A model generated the notes under the pieces. It made no database searches, had not been told where the DNA came from, and saw only the letters and a program-made list of their open reading frames with translations. 64,000 nucleotides of DNA from Sulfurovaceae bacterium (GTDB lineage: Bacteria; Campylobacterota; Campylobacteria; Campylobacterales; Sulfurovaceae): NCBI GenBank assembly GCA_016744805.1, contig JADGDQ010000006.1, positions 105 to 64,104 of the forward strand, given 5' to 3'. Numbering within the stretch: position 1 is the stretch's first letter; every line of letters starts with the position of its first letter. This document shows, in pieces, positions 18,158 to 27,724 of this stretch. The position numbers and the translations under genes were made by a program.

Positions 18158-18241
18158 TGATAATATCCATTAAGTAGGGTTTAAAAAATTGCTAGATATA
18201 GCAAGGTGAAGATAGGTGACTGCCTCAAAGCAGTCAAAGTA

Positions 18242-18484
18242 TTACGCTTTTTCGTTTGTTGGAGTAGTCTCTGTTGCTTTAGCAACTTTTGTTTCTGCTT
18301 TTGTCTCTGTTTGAGTTTCAATTTCTGGTTTTGCATCAGCAATTTCATCATCTTTGACAGCTTTTTTAAAGTCTTTGATTCCTTTACCAACACCTTTGGC
18401 TAAATCTGGAATTTTTTTAGCTCCAAAAAGAAGAACTACAATTGCTAAAATTATCAATAATTCTGGCATACTTGGCATACCCAT
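18242..18484 (-). CDS. tatA: Twin-arginine translocase subunit TatA/E
   Basis: [36 protein letters not shown] is the canonical TatA TM helix plus amphipathic helix. Confidence 0.92.
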   Translation of the reverse strand: MGMPSMPELLIILAIVVLLFGAKKIPDLAKGVGKGIKDFKKAVKDDEIADAKPEIETQTETKAETKVAKATETTPTNEKA

Positions 18485-18569
18485 GTCAATCCTTTATTAC
18501 CTATTTCATTAAGGCTATTTGTAAAATTTTGTTAATTATACTTTAAAATTTTTAAGACAAGCTATCAAA

Positions 18570-19184
18570 TTACTCACTTGCTAACCAATTCTTGATAAAT
18601 GTAGCTTCATCTATTTGACTATGTTTAAGCCGTGCAGCATTTGCCACAATACTAAATTCTCGTGCAGCCCTAGAAATATGATCATTAATAATAGCAAAAT
18701 CATATTCACCAACTGCCAAAATTTCACTCTTGGCATTTTCTAGTCTTCTTTGTATCACCTCTTCATTATCACTCAAACGATTACGAAGTCTTGTTTCTAA
18801 TTCTATAAGTGTTGGTGGAGTAATAAATGCCGAAGTTGTGATATCACCTAACTTTGCACGCACTAATCTATGACCTTGAATATCAATATCAAAAATCACT
18901 AATTTACCAAGAGACAAAGCATCATGTACAGGCTCTAAGGATGTACCATAATAGTTATCATGCACTTTTGCATACTCCAAAAATGTACCTGATTTAATCC
19001 CCTCTTCAAACTCTTCTTTACTTACAAAGTAGTAATCTTTTCCATGAACTTCTCCTTCTCTAGGTAAACGAGTAGTAGTAGAAATAGAAAAATAATACTC
19101 TCCAATATCTGCTGATGCTTCAGAAATAATTGTACTCTTTCCTGCACCACTAGGTCCCGAAAGTACCAATACTGCTCCTACCAT
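18570..19184 (-). CDS. gmk: Guanylate kinase
   Basis: The P-loop LSGPSGAGKST, the TTRLPREGEVHGKDYYFVS motif and the size are typical of Gmk. Confidence 0.93.
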   Translation of the reverse strand: MVGAVLVLSGPSGAGKSTIISEASADIGEYYFSISTTTRLPREGEVHGKDYYFVSKEEFEEGIKSGTFLEYAKVHDNYYGTSLEPVHDALSLGKLVIFDIDIQGHRLVRAKLGDITTSAFITPPTLIELETRLRNRLSDNEEVIQRRLENAKSEILAVGEYDFAIINDHISRAAREFSIVANAARLKHSQIDEATFIKNWLASE

Positions 19185-19185
19185 T

Positions 19186-19764
19186 CTATTCTCCTTTTGG
19201 GAACTTTATTGATATAGTAATATCTGCTCCCTCTAATATCTGTTTTATTTTTTTTGTTTTCATAGAAAGTATTTTTTCTACTAAACTATCTATCTCTTTT
19301 GTTTTTTTTCTCTTTTGTTTTTTACTTTTTTTTGGACTATAAACAACTGTATTATCTATAGATTCACTTGCTTCCTCATCTAAAAGTTCTTTAATTGTCT
19401 GTATCTCTTCTAAATCAAGAACTGAACTTCTCTTATCTAGGTCTCTTACAGAAGAACTCTCTTTTACTATAGTAGCTATATCTGTGGGAAGAAAAGGCTT
19501 TGTAATTATTTGTGTTAAACCCTTAATATCACTCTTTGATACAGTACTTAATAGTATTTTTTTTTCTACATTTAATTGATCTAGGATCAGTTGAATATCA
19601 TCTGTAGTACCATACGAATCATCTATAAATACAATATCATAAAAATCTTGTGGTAGAGATTGTTTAGATACTATCTCTATAAGCTTACTCTTTGTATCTT
19701 CTAATCCTAAAGAGAGTAATTCAAAGATTACCACATTAGTATTAAGCAGAAGAATTTGTACCAT
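19186..19764 (-). CDS. Divergent receiver (CheY-like) domain protein with a basic C-terminal tail
   Basis: MVQILLLNTN...DIVFIDD...LLSTV...ITKPFLPTDI follows the REC beta-alpha pattern (DD, S/T, KPF). The tail is Lys-rich (KKSKKQKRKKTKE). The ATG at 19764 has GGAG 7 nt upstream; the track TTG at 19776 is unlikely to be the start. Confidence 0.5.
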   Translation of the reverse strand: MVQILLLNTNVVIFELLSLGLEDTKSKLIEIVSKQSLPQDFYDIVFIDDSYGTTDDIQLILDQLNVEKKILLSTVSKSDIKGLTQIITKPFLPTDIATIVKESSSVRDLDKRSSVLDLEEIQTIKELLDEEASESIDNTVVYSPKKSKKQKRKKTKEIDSLVEKILSMKTKKIKQILEGADITISIKFPKGE

Positions 19765-19827
19765 TAACGACTCCAATAATTATAAAATATGAGCCGTATT
19801 CTAGTATAATTTATGTTAAGAGTAGCG

Positions 19828-20385
19828 TTAGGAAAACAGACTTTTAATTTTGTTACTCCATATTTCACTTAATGGAATCTTCTTGTTAAGTTGGGCAATA
19901 AAAGTATTATAATCTAATTCTCGTTCTTCAAGATAACGATTAAGATAAATAATAGAAGCACTCATGCCATTCTCTTTTTCTATTTTGAGAAGGATTTTAT
20001 AGAGTGGTTCAATCACCTCTAAAGCACTTTTTGAAACTGCTCGTCTATAAGCAATATGCTCTTTTATAGATCCTGAATAATCTTCTTGGGTCTTAAAATC
20101 TGTAATTACCCAATAATAACTTCCATCTTTTGCACGATTCTTTACAATAGCAGAAATATTTTTTCTTTTTTTAATACTTTTCCACATTAGGTAAAAAATA
20201 ACTTTAGGCATATCAGGATGTCTGATAAAATTATGATTTTGTCCTATAGTCTCAGTAGAAGAATATCCTGATATTCGTAAAAATACATCATTGCCATAAT
20301 TAATAACACCAGCATGGTCAGTTCTAGTTACTAATATATCTCGTGAACTAATAGAGATTTCTTTATCTAATAGATTTTCATTCAT
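19828..20385 (-). CDS. Stand-alone Aer/CetB-like PAS sensor protein
   Basis: TDHAGVINYGNDVFLRISGYSSTETIGQNHNFIRHPDMPKVIFYLMWKSIKKRKNISAIVKNRAKDGSYYWV closely parallels the FAD-binding PAS domain of Aer/CetB. There is no TM or MCP domain. Confidence 0.8.
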   Translation of the reverse strand: MNENLLDKEISISSRDILVTRTDHAGVINYGNDVFLRISGYSSTETIGQNHNFIRHPDMPKVIFYLMWKSIKKRKNISAIVKNRAKDGSYYWVITDFKTQEDYSGSIKEHIAYRRAVSKSALEVIEPLYKILLKIEKENGMSASIIYLNRYLEERELDYNTFIAQLNKKIPLSEIWSNKIKSLFS

Positions 20386-20511
20386 TATTTTATATATCCT
20401 TTATAAAGTATTTAATTATATTAATAAAAATAATATTAAGATATTAATACTTTATCAAAAAAATTTAATTAAATAACTGATTTGTATCAAAATAGCTTCT
20501 ATTTTACTAAA

Positions 20512-20946
20512 CTATGATAATAATCCAGCTCCATCCATTGCCGTGCTTCGATCTTGGGCATAGACTCTTTTGCCATCTATGACATCATATTTCCAAATGG
20601 GTGCATTGGCTTTAAAGTCTTCGACAAACTCATCTATCAACTCCAAAGCTACTCGTCGCTTTGGAGAGAAAACAGCAGAAACATAAGAAGAGGTATGGAT
20701 AGGAACATCCCCTAAAGAGTGAGCCATCTTGACAATAGCTCCTCTCTCTTTGGCTCTCTCTTGCCATGCAATAAACCATTTTTCCAAAATAGGCTCATAA
20801 ATATCAAAACTCAGTGCTTCTATACCATCTTCTGCACGAATAGTTCCTACAAATGGAATATATGCCCCATAATTAGAGCTACTCTCTTCATCTAGCCAAC
20901 GAGAAAATATCTCTTTGGTATCGAGTGAACCTTTATGTAATTCCAT
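20512..20946 (-). CDS. moaE: Molybdopterin synthase catalytic subunit
   Basis: The size and overall sequence fit MoaE, and the gene lies directly downstream of a MoaD-like gene. Confidence 0.8.
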   Translation of the reverse strand: MELHKGSLDTKEIFSRWLDEESSSNYGAYIPFVGTIRAEDGIEALSFDIYEPILEKWFIAWQERAKERGAIVKMAHSLGDVPIHTSSYVSAVFSPKRRVALELIDEFVEDFKANAPIWKYDVIDGKRVYAQDRSTAMDGAGLLS

Positions 20947-20949
20947 CCT

Positions 20950-21171
20950 CTATCCTCCACAAACAGGCGGTAATATAGAAATTCTATCACCATCTTGCAA
21001 AGCTATATCAAGACTGTTTACCATTGTATCATTATGAGCTACTGCACACTTATCAAGCCAATCGACCAAAGAGAGATCCTCTTTAAGCTTTTGAGATACT
21101 TCTCTTAATGATTTTGCTTCTATCTCTATTGGTGCTTTATCTATAGGACCTAAAAATTCTACTTTTACCAT
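20950..21171 (-). CDS. moaD: Molybdopterin synthase sulfur-carrier subunit
   Basis: This is a 73-aa ubiquitin-like protein ending in GG (ILPPVCGG). Confidence 0.8.
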   Translation of the reverse strand: MVKVEFLGPIDKAPIEIEAKSLREVSQKLKEDLSLVDWLDKCAVAHNDTMVNSLDIALQDGDRISILPPVCGG

Positions 21172-21266
21172 CTGCCACTCTTTATTTGGATTTTAAAATA
21201 TTATAAACATACATCTCTATATTCACGCTTACTTTTGGTTATAATCTTTTTAAAAAAAGGATCATC

Positions 21267-21911
21267 GTGATTTTTGGTTCTATAAGCTATCTTAATCTTC
21301 TTCCCTTTCAACTCTTTTTGAAAAAATCTCTTCCTAGCCAAACAAAACAATCACTCCATTATCGACGCAATGTACCAAGCAAAATTAATAAAGCTTTTCA
21401 TAATAGAAAGGTTAATGTAGCTTTTATCTCTAGTGTTACTTCTGCTCAGTGTAAGTGTACTAATTTAGGGATTATTGCTAATGGTGCTGTGCGAAGTGTT
21501 TTTGTGATTCAAGGTGAAGACCAAATAGATACAGACTCTGCGTCTTCTAATGTATTAGCTAAAGTACTTCATCTCCAAGGTAAAGTACTTATAGGAGATA
21601 AAGCATTGCGTTATTATCTTGCAGGAAATGAAGCCACTGACCTTGCCCTTAGATGGAAAGAAGAAACAACTCTTCCTTTTGTATTTGCCAGACTCTGTTA
21701 TAATCGTTATGATAACAAAGTAGAAAAACTTGCCAAAGAATTTAGCAAACGAAAAATATCTATACCACAAACTATTCTCAAAAAAGAGGCAAAAGCCAAA
21801 GGGATAACACCCAAAGAGTTAGTATGGTATTTGGAGCATATTTATTATAATATGGATTACAAAGCTCAAAAATCCCTTAAGTTATTTTTGAGAAAAAGTC
21901 GAAAAGTATAA
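21267..21911 (+). CDS. mqnA: Chorismate dehydratase-like menaquinone (futalosine pathway) protein
   Basis: The N-terminal ISYLNLLPF motif and the VAFISSV motif are typical of MqnA and the VitK2-biosynthesis family. The start is a GTG at 21267, with AAAGG upstream. Confidence 0.6.
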   Translation: MIFGSISYLNLLPFQLFLKKSLPSQTKQSLHYRRNVPSKINKAFHNRKVNVAFISSVTSAQCKCTNLGIIANGAVRSVFVIQGEDQIDTDSASSNVLAKVLHLQGKVLIGDKALRYYLAGNEATDLALRWKEETTLPFVFARLCYNRYDNKVEKLAKEFSKRKISIPQTILKKEAKAKGITPKELVWYLEHIYYNMDYKAQKSLKLFLRKSRKV

Positions 21912-21955
21912 CCATAACTTGATATAATCACAAAAAATATTATCAGGATTATATT

Positions 21956-22918
21956 ATGCGTGTACTTACAGGAATACAGGCTTCAGGAAAGCTTCATATA
22001 GGAAACTATTTTGGGGCTATGAAGCCTATGATTGAACTTCAAGAAGAGAATGAACTTTTTACTTTTATTGCAAACTACCACTCTTTGACTACCTCCAAAG
22101 ATGCTAAAACATTGCATCAGTATACTCTTGATGCAGCTATAGATTACCTTTCGGTAGGTATTGACCCCAATAAAACTACATTTTGGATACAGAGTGATAT
22201 GCCTGAGGTACTAGAGCTTTATTGGATTCTCTCTAAATTCACACCTATGGGTCTTTTGGAAAGAGCACATAGTTACAAAGATAAAGTGGCTAAGGGGATT
22301 AATGCAAACCATGCACTCTTCTCGTATCCTGTACTAATGGCAGCAGATATTCTTATACTTGATACACAAAAAGTTCCTGTAGGAAAAGACCAAATACAAC
22401 ATATTGAGATGACTCGCGATATTGCCATTAAGTTTAATAATGAATATGGAGAGATATTTACTCTACCAGAATATGTAGTAGCAGAAGAGGTAGCAACTAT
22501 TCCAGGGATTGATGGAGAGAAGATGAGTAAGAGTTATGGGAATACTATAGAACTCTTTATGGATGAGAAGCCTCTCCAAAAGAGATGCAATAAGATTATT
22601 AGCTCATCTACCCCTCTTGGAGAACCATTAGAGTATGATGGATGTAATATCTATGCTCTTGCCTCACTCTTTTTGGATGATACGCAAAAAATAGAACTCC
22701 AAGAGCGTTACAAAAGTGGCAAAGAGGGGTATGGACATTTCAAAAAATATCTTAAAGAACTTATTTGGGAAGAGCTAGGAGAGGCTAGAGAAAAGAGAGC
22801 CTACTACCTAGATAATTTGGATGAAGTAGAAGATATTTTGGCAACTGGTGCAAAAAGAGCCAAAACTATCACCCAAGAGAAGATGCTCACAGTCAAAGAT
22901 GCTGTAGGGTTACGATAA
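21956..22918 (+). CDS. trpS: Tryptophan--tRNA ligase
   Basis: TGIQASGKLHIGNYFG is the HIGH region and KMSKS is present (GEKMSKSYGN). Confidence 0.95.
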   Translation: MRVLTGIQASGKLHIGNYFGAMKPMIELQEENELFTFIANYHSLTTSKDAKTLHQYTLDAAIDYLSVGIDPNKTTFWIQSDMPEVLELYWILSKFTPMGLLERAHSYKDKVAKGINANHALFSYPVLMAADILILDTQKVPVGKDQIQHIEMTRDIAIKFNNEYGEIFTLPEYVVAEEVATIPGIDGEKMSKSYGNTIELFMDEKPLQKRCNKIISSSTPLGEPLEYDGCNIYALASLFLDDTQKIELQERYKSGKEGYGHFKKYLKELIWEELGEAREKRAYYLDNLDEVEDILATGAKRAKTITQEKMLTVKDAVGLR

Positions 22919-22919
22919 C

Positions 22920-23276
22920 CTACTCTTTTAGTGCTTTAGATACAATTGTATCTATACGAGTAGAAATAGCATTTTTACTTGCTTCAGATTTTTGACTTAC
23001 AAGACTTGCACTATTCTCTTTTTTTGCTTGGTCTTGTGAGAACTCTTCCATCTCAACCTCTTTATAATTTTCTAAAATATTAAGATAATCACTTGTTGTT
23101 TTACCTGCTACTTCTGTACTCTCTTCCAATGAAGGTGCTGGCTGAGCTACCATATAAGGATTATCCCCATTACTAATAGTATTAAGCATAAAAATTAATG
23201 CCACAATAATGATCCCAAGAAGAATTATTACTGATACTGCTATCTTAAAAGCAAAAGCTGGTCTATTCTGTCTCAT
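22920..23276 (-). CDS. Hypothetical membrane-anchored protein
   Basis: There is one N-terminal TM helix followed by an acidic, Ser-rich soluble part. No family is recognised. Its stop lies 1 nt from the convergent trpS stop. Confidence 0.5.
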   Translation of the reverse strand: MRQNRPAFAFKIAVSVIILLGIIIVALIFMLNTISNGDNPYMVAQPAPSLEESTEVAGKTTSDYLNILENYKEVEMEEFSQDQAKKENSASLVSQKSEASKNAISTRIDTIVSKALKE

Positions 23277-23287
23277 TTTCTATCTCC

Positions 23288-23908
23288 TCACTTTGTCTTT
23301 ACTGTGGTTAGTCCTAGACTTTTCCACATCTGAAATCCACCTCGATAATATTGTATTTTATCAGCAGGATAACCTTTTTTGAGTAACGCAGTAATAAGCT
23401 GTTTTGATTTTGAACACCAAGGTCCATTACAATATACTACTATCTCAATAGCTTTTTCTATATTAAGTGTGCCATTAGAATTATTTGTTACACCCAAAAC
23501 AGTTAAAATATTATCCATAGCTTTTGTATTTTTAGAGAGTGAAAAAGGTATGTTTATAGAAGAAGGTATAGTTCCTTGATTATAAAGTTTTTTTGGTCTA
23601 GCATCTATAACTACACCTTTCTTATTATTTACTTGATTTTTAATAAATTTTACTACCTCAACCTCACCAATGGTTTCTATTTTGTCATTGAATGAGATGG
23701 GTTGAATACACATTCCAGGACAAGGATATGATATTTTGGCATAAGTACCTGTAAGATGATTTTGTATATCTTGTATACGGTGTATTTTTATGGCATGCCC
23801 TTTATGATAGACAAAAACATAAGACATATCTTCGGTAATTTTAACTTTATCATATTTTCCTGCACTTAGAATTGAAAATAATAGAGCTATACTAAGAATT
23901 AATTTCAT
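23288..23908 (-). CDS. Secreted rhodanese-domain sulfurtransferase (paralog 2)
   Basis: There is a signal peptide. Rhodanese motifs are VVIDARPKKLYNQGTIPSSINIP and the active-site loop VYCNGPWCSKS, followed by YYRGGFQMW. Confidence 0.75.
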   Translation of the reverse strand: MKLILSIALLFSILSAGKYDKVKITEDMSYVFVYHKGHAIKIHRIQDIQNHLTGTYAKISYPCPGMCIQPISFNDKIETIGEVEVVKFIKNQVNNKKGVVIDARPKKLYNQGTIPSSINIPFSLSKNTKAMDNILTVLGVTNNSNGTLNIEKAIEIVVYCNGPWCSKSKQLITALLKKGYPADKIQYYRGGFQMWKSLGLTTVKTK

Positions 23909-24525
23909 TTTGTTGCCTCCTTCTTTGGTACATTAACAGTAAATCCAACAAGTTGCCAAGACTGAATACCACCTCGATAATATTTCATCTTTTTTTCAGG
24001 AAATCCAATATCAATAAGTGCTTTTATTGCTGCTGGTGATTGACCACACCAAGCACCATTACAATAAAGTAAAATACTTTTAACTTTACTAAAATCCCAA
24101 ACACCCTTTTTTTTCTTTGCACCAAACTTAATCAAGATATTATCTCGCTTATCATTATCACTTAGAAAAATTTTAAAAGGTATATTAACAGAACCTGCTA
24201 TATTACTCTTTTCAAACCAACTCTTAAGTCTTGCATCAATAAAAACACCTTCTTTATTTTCAAGAAAATTAATAACCTCTAATTCACCATAAGTATCTAC
24301 GCCTTTTGAGACTTTAAATGGTTGAATATAAAATGGTGGAGAGGGTCTAGAAGTCAAACTAAACTCATTTGTAAGATAAACTTCTTTCCCTTCTACTCGT
24401 TTAATAATATGCTCTTTTCCATCTACTTCTATAGTTACAGAGCTTTTTTGTTCTGTAATATTATTTTGTGCTAAAGCAAAGATTGAAAGAAGAAAAAATA
24501 GTACTGTTTGTTGTAGATTCTTCAT
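23905..24525 (-). CDS. Secreted rhodanese-domain sulfurtransferase (paralog 1)
   Basis: This has the same 206-aa length and architecture as its neighbour (VFIDARLKSWFEKSNIAGSVNIP, LYCNGAWCGQS, YYRGGIQSW). The two genes overlap by 4 nt. Confidence 0.75.
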   Translation of the reverse strand: MKNLQQTVLFFLLSIFALAQNNITEQKSSVTIEVDGKEHIIKRVEGKEVYLTNEFSLTSRPSPPFYIQPFKVSKGVDTYGELEVINFLENKEGVFIDARLKSWFEKSNIAGSVNIPFKIFLSDNDKRDNILIKFGAKKKKGVWDFSKVKSILLYCNGAWCGQSPAAIKALIDIGFPEKKMKYYRGGIQSWQLVGFTVNVPKKEATK

Positions 24526-24586
24526 TATAACTCCTCATAGTATAATATTATAAATATATATATACCTAAATGATAGTATAATTTTC

Positions 24587-25339
24587 CTAAGAGCTTGAAG
24601 TATTGAGCCACTCTTTTGCAATAAAGCGTAAACCTTCCACATTATCAGATGCAAAAATCTTTAAATTATTTTTGGACTCTTTTTGGGTCACTCCATATTT
24701 TTGTTCTAAATACTCTACAATTGCCTCACCAGAGTGGATAAGAAGTGGTTTATTATCAAAATAGCTACTGATAGCTTTGCTAATAAGAGGAAAATGTGTA
24801 CAGCCCAAAATAATTGCCGAGGGTTTATCCAAATTCTTAAAATAATGCTTCATGACTTCTTCTAAGATAGCTCCATCAAATATACCCTCTTCAACTATTG
24901 GCACAAAAAGACCCGTCTGAATAGCAGTAATATCTCTATAACCTTTAGCTTGAAGTTCATTTTGATACCGCCTAGAGGCAATTGTGGCACGAGTAGCAGT
25001 TATAAGTATAGAAGAGTTTTTATCTTGAAGTTTATTCTCTAAAGCCATTATTCCTGGCTCTATTACACCTATAATATCATATCTACTCACCTCTCGCATC
25101 TCTTTAAGAGCATAGGCACTTACAGTATTACACGCAGTAATAAGGAGGTCTATATCAAAGTTATTAAAAAACTCTAATGCTTCTAGGGAGTAACGAATAA
25201 TTGTATTTTTATCTTTTGTACCATAAGGAACACGAGCTGTGTCCCCATAATAGATAATCTCATCAAAGAGTTGATGCTCTAGCAAAGATTTGACTACACT
25301 TAGCCCACCAGCTCCTGAATCAAAAACACCTATCTTCAT
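24587..25339 (-). CDS. murI: Glutamate racemase
   Basis: MKIGVFDSGAGGLSV, the catalytic Cys contexts ITACNTVS and LGCTHFP are all present. Confidence 0.93.
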   Translation of the reverse strand: MKIGVFDSGAGGLSVVKSLLEHQLFDEIIYYGDTARVPYGTKDKNTIIRYSLEALEFFNNFDIDLLITACNTVSAYALKEMREVSRYDIIGVIEPGIMALENKLQDKNSSILITATRATIASRRYQNELQAKGYRDITAIQTGLFVPIVEEGIFDGAILEEVMKHYFKNLDKPSAIILGCTHFPLISKAISSYFDNKPLLIHSGEAIVEYLEQKYGVTQKESKNNLKIFASDNVEGLRFIAKEWLNTSSS

Positions 25340-25347
25340 AAAAGAGC

Positions 25348-26679
25348 TTATGCCCCTTGATTCATAATAGAGAGAAACTCTTCATTAGTTTTTGTTTTCA
25401 GCATCTTAGAAAAGAGGAATTTTAGCCCCTCTACCTCTTCCATATTCTGCATAGCATTACGCAATGCCCAAACTTTTTGTAAAAGATCTGGTTCGCTTAA
25501 TAACTCCTCTTTTCTAGTCCCTGACTTGGTGACATCAATAGCAGGATAGATACGACGCTCAGAGACATGTCTATTGAGTACCACTTCAGAGTTTCCTGTA
25601 CCTTTAAACTCTTCAAAGATAACCTCATCCATCTTACTACCTGTCTCAATAAGTGCTGTAGCAATAATAGTAAGGCTTCCACCCTCTTCAATATTTCTAG
25701 CTGCACCAAAGAATCTTTTTGGTTTATGCAGAGCATTTGCATCCACACCACCAGATAATACTTTACCAGAACTTGGTGTCACAGTATTATATGCACGAGC
25801 CAAACGCGTTATAGAATCGAGTAAAATAATCACATCTTTTCCTAACTCTACGCGTCTTTTTGCTTTTTCTATTACCATCTCTGCTGTACGAACATGATTT
25901 TGTGCAGGAAGGTCAAATGTGGAGCTATAGACCTCTCCTTTAACAGACCGTTGCATATCAGTAACCTCTTCTGGTCTCTCATCAACCAAAAGAACCATAA
26001 GAGATGCATCTGGATTATTATGAGAAATTCCATGAGCTAACTCTTTGAGAAGCTCTGTTTTACCTGTTCTAGGAGGGGCAACAACCAAAGCTCTCTGCCC
26101 TTTTCCAATAGGAGTAAAGAGATCAAGAATTCGTCCTGTTAGCTTCATAGGACTATATTCTAGCTTCAATTTATCATTTGCGTACAAAGGCGTAAGATTA
26201 TCAAAGAGTGGTCTTTGTTTTGACTTATCAGGTGGAAGGTAGTTAATAGCCTCTATCTTCAAAAGTGCATAATACTTCTCTTGGTCTTTAGGTTGTCTTA
26301 CTTGACCTGTAACTATATCTCCGTTACGAAGTGCAAATCTTTTGATTTGTGTAGAACTAACATAAGTGTCATTTCCTGAATTTGCAAAGTTACCATCACT
26401 CGAACGCAAGAAACCGTACCCATCATTCATAACCTCTAAAATACCTGTGTAAAGAATAAAACCACCTTGACTTACTTGTGCTTTTAGTATTTCAAAAATT
26501 AAATCTTTTCGTTGAAACTCATTTGGGTTTTCAACTTTTACCTCTTTTGCAATATCGACAAGTTGAGTTAAAGGCTTTTCCTGTAGAGATTCTATTTTGT
26601 AACCATCTACAGGTACATGTGTTCTATTGTTTTTTCTATTGGCATTAGGTTTACCGTTAGACTTTTTGTTTTCGCTCAT
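25348..26679 (-). CDS. rho: Transcription termination factor Rho
   Basis: There is an N-terminal RNA-binding region (GYGFLR), Walker A PPRTGKT, and the [10 protein letters not shown] and ITRLARAYN motifs. Confidence 0.96.
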   Translation of the reverse strand: MSENKKSNGKPNANRKNNRTHVPVDGYKIESLQEKPLTQLVDIAKEVKVENPNEFQRKDLIFEILKAQVSQGGFILYTGILEVMNDGYGFLRSSDGNFANSGNDTYVSSTQIKRFALRNGDIVTGQVRQPKDQEKYYALLKIEAINYLPPDKSKQRPLFDNLTPLYANDKLKLEYSPMKLTGRILDLFTPIGKGQRALVVAPPRTGKTELLKELAHGISHNNPDASLMVLLVDERPEEVTDMQRSVKGEVYSSTFDLPAQNHVRTAEMVIEKAKRRVELGKDVIILLDSITRLARAYNTVTPSSGKVLSGGVDANALHKPKRFFGAARNIEEGGSLTIIATALIETGSKMDEVIFEEFKGTGNSEVVLNRHVSERRIYPAIDVTKSGTRKEELLSEPDLLQKVWALRNAMQNMEEVEGLKFLFSKMLKTKTNEEFLSIMNQGA

Positions 26680-26880
26680 AATTCCTCTTGTTGAGTATGA
26701 AATAAATCATTGGGGGATATAGATAATAGAGTGTGACCTATTATCATTGTAGTAATAACGACATTATAAAGCAACTAGGCTTAAAGGTGAATTATAGGAA
26801 GTATATCAAGATCAAATTATAAGCTACTGTAAAGTAAAAGAGCGTTAAAGTAACTATAACTAATTTACAAAGGATAAAAA

Positions 26881-27681
26881 ATGAAATATATCAAAGGTAT
26901 ATTAATAGTAAGTATGCTTCTACTTTTAGCTATGCCCGCAAACTTATTAGCCCAAACAACTCGTGCTGCAAGTATTGCCTCTTTATATCTTGCTACTTTT
27001 GATCGTTTCCCTGATACTGATGGGCTAGAGTATTGGGAGAATACATCATTAACTATAGAAGAGATATCTCAAAGCTTTTTTGACCAAAGAGAGACACAAC
27101 TAGCATATCCTTCACGAGATACTACAGCACTCTTTATTGAAAAGGTCTATGAAAATTTTTTACAACGACTTCCTGATACTTCAGGATTACTCTATTGGGA
27201 GGAAGAATTAGATGCGAATAGAGTTACAAGAGGTGCATTTATTTTGGCTATTATAGATGGAGCTCAATCTAGTGATAAAAGCTTTATTGATACACGAAAT
27301 GAAGTTATGAGTGCCTTTTTAAGTTCTGAACTTAGCTATACAAAATCCCAAGAGATACTAGATAATCTCGATAGTAACGGTAAGACATCAGCATTAGAGC
27401 TAATTGCAGAATTATCAGATGAATCCTCAAGAATTACTAAATTTGGAAATGCAGTAATTGAATTAGTGAGTTATCCTGAACAAACTACAGAAGATACAGT
27501 AACAGTCAAAATTACAAATGATGGAGTGCCACAAAGGCTTTTAATTACACTTGAAAGTGATGTAGGTACAAATGATTATCCTATTACGCTGACTATGACA
27601 ACTACTACAGGAAGAGTTTTATATCATTATACAGATATAGTAATTACAGTAGAAAAAATTGAAGAAGTGGTGGAAGAATAG
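26881..27681 (+). CDS. Secreted DUF4214-repeat protein
   Basis: There is a signal peptide and two DUF4214-like units (ATFDRFPDTDGLEYWEN; FLQRLPDTSGLLYWEEELD). The C-terminal roughly 100 aa are unassigned. Confidence 0.7.
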   Translation: MKYIKGILIVSMLLLLAMPANLLAQTTRAASIASLYLATFDRFPDTDGLEYWENTSLTIEEISQSFFDQRETQLAYPSRDTTALFIEKVYENFLQRLPDTSGLLYWEEELDANRVTRGAFILAIIDGAQSSDKSFIDTRNEVMSAFLSSELSYTKSQEILDNLDSNGKTSALELIAELSDESSRITKFGNAVIELVSYPEQTTEDTVTVKITNDGVPQRLLITLESDVGTNDYPITLTMTTTTGRVLYHYTDIVITVEKIEEVVEE

Positions 27682-27692
27682 ATATAAGAGTC

Positions 27693-27716
27693 GTTATCAG
27701 GTAAGAACCTGATAAC
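27693..27716. terminator. Hairpin between convergent genes (possible bidirectional terminator)
   Basis: A perfect 9-bp stem GTTATCAGG / CCTGATAAC with a 6-nt loop lies between the stops at 27681 (+) and 27725 (-). Neither side has a clean U-tract. Confidence 0.45.
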
Positions 27717-27724
27717 TAAAAGGC

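Noticed and set aside
18181-18403. Two ORFs (18181-18393 on the minus strand and 18206-18403 on the plus strand) overlap tatA and have K/Q-rich or C/F-rich translations.
   Set aside because: They are alternative frames of the Lys/Glu/Thr-rich TatA tail. TatA itself is unambiguous in its own frame.
21172-21266. A possible molybdenum-cofactor riboswitch upstream of moaD.
   Set aside because: The divergent intergenic region is only 95 nt and must hold two promoters. It is too short, and I see no conserved Moco-motif helices.
26836-26866. GTAAAGTAAAAGAGCGTTAAAGTAAC as a fourth copy of the 27-nt motif.
   Set aside because: The half-site spacing and order do not match the three strong copies. Only the GTAAA and GTAAC words are shared.
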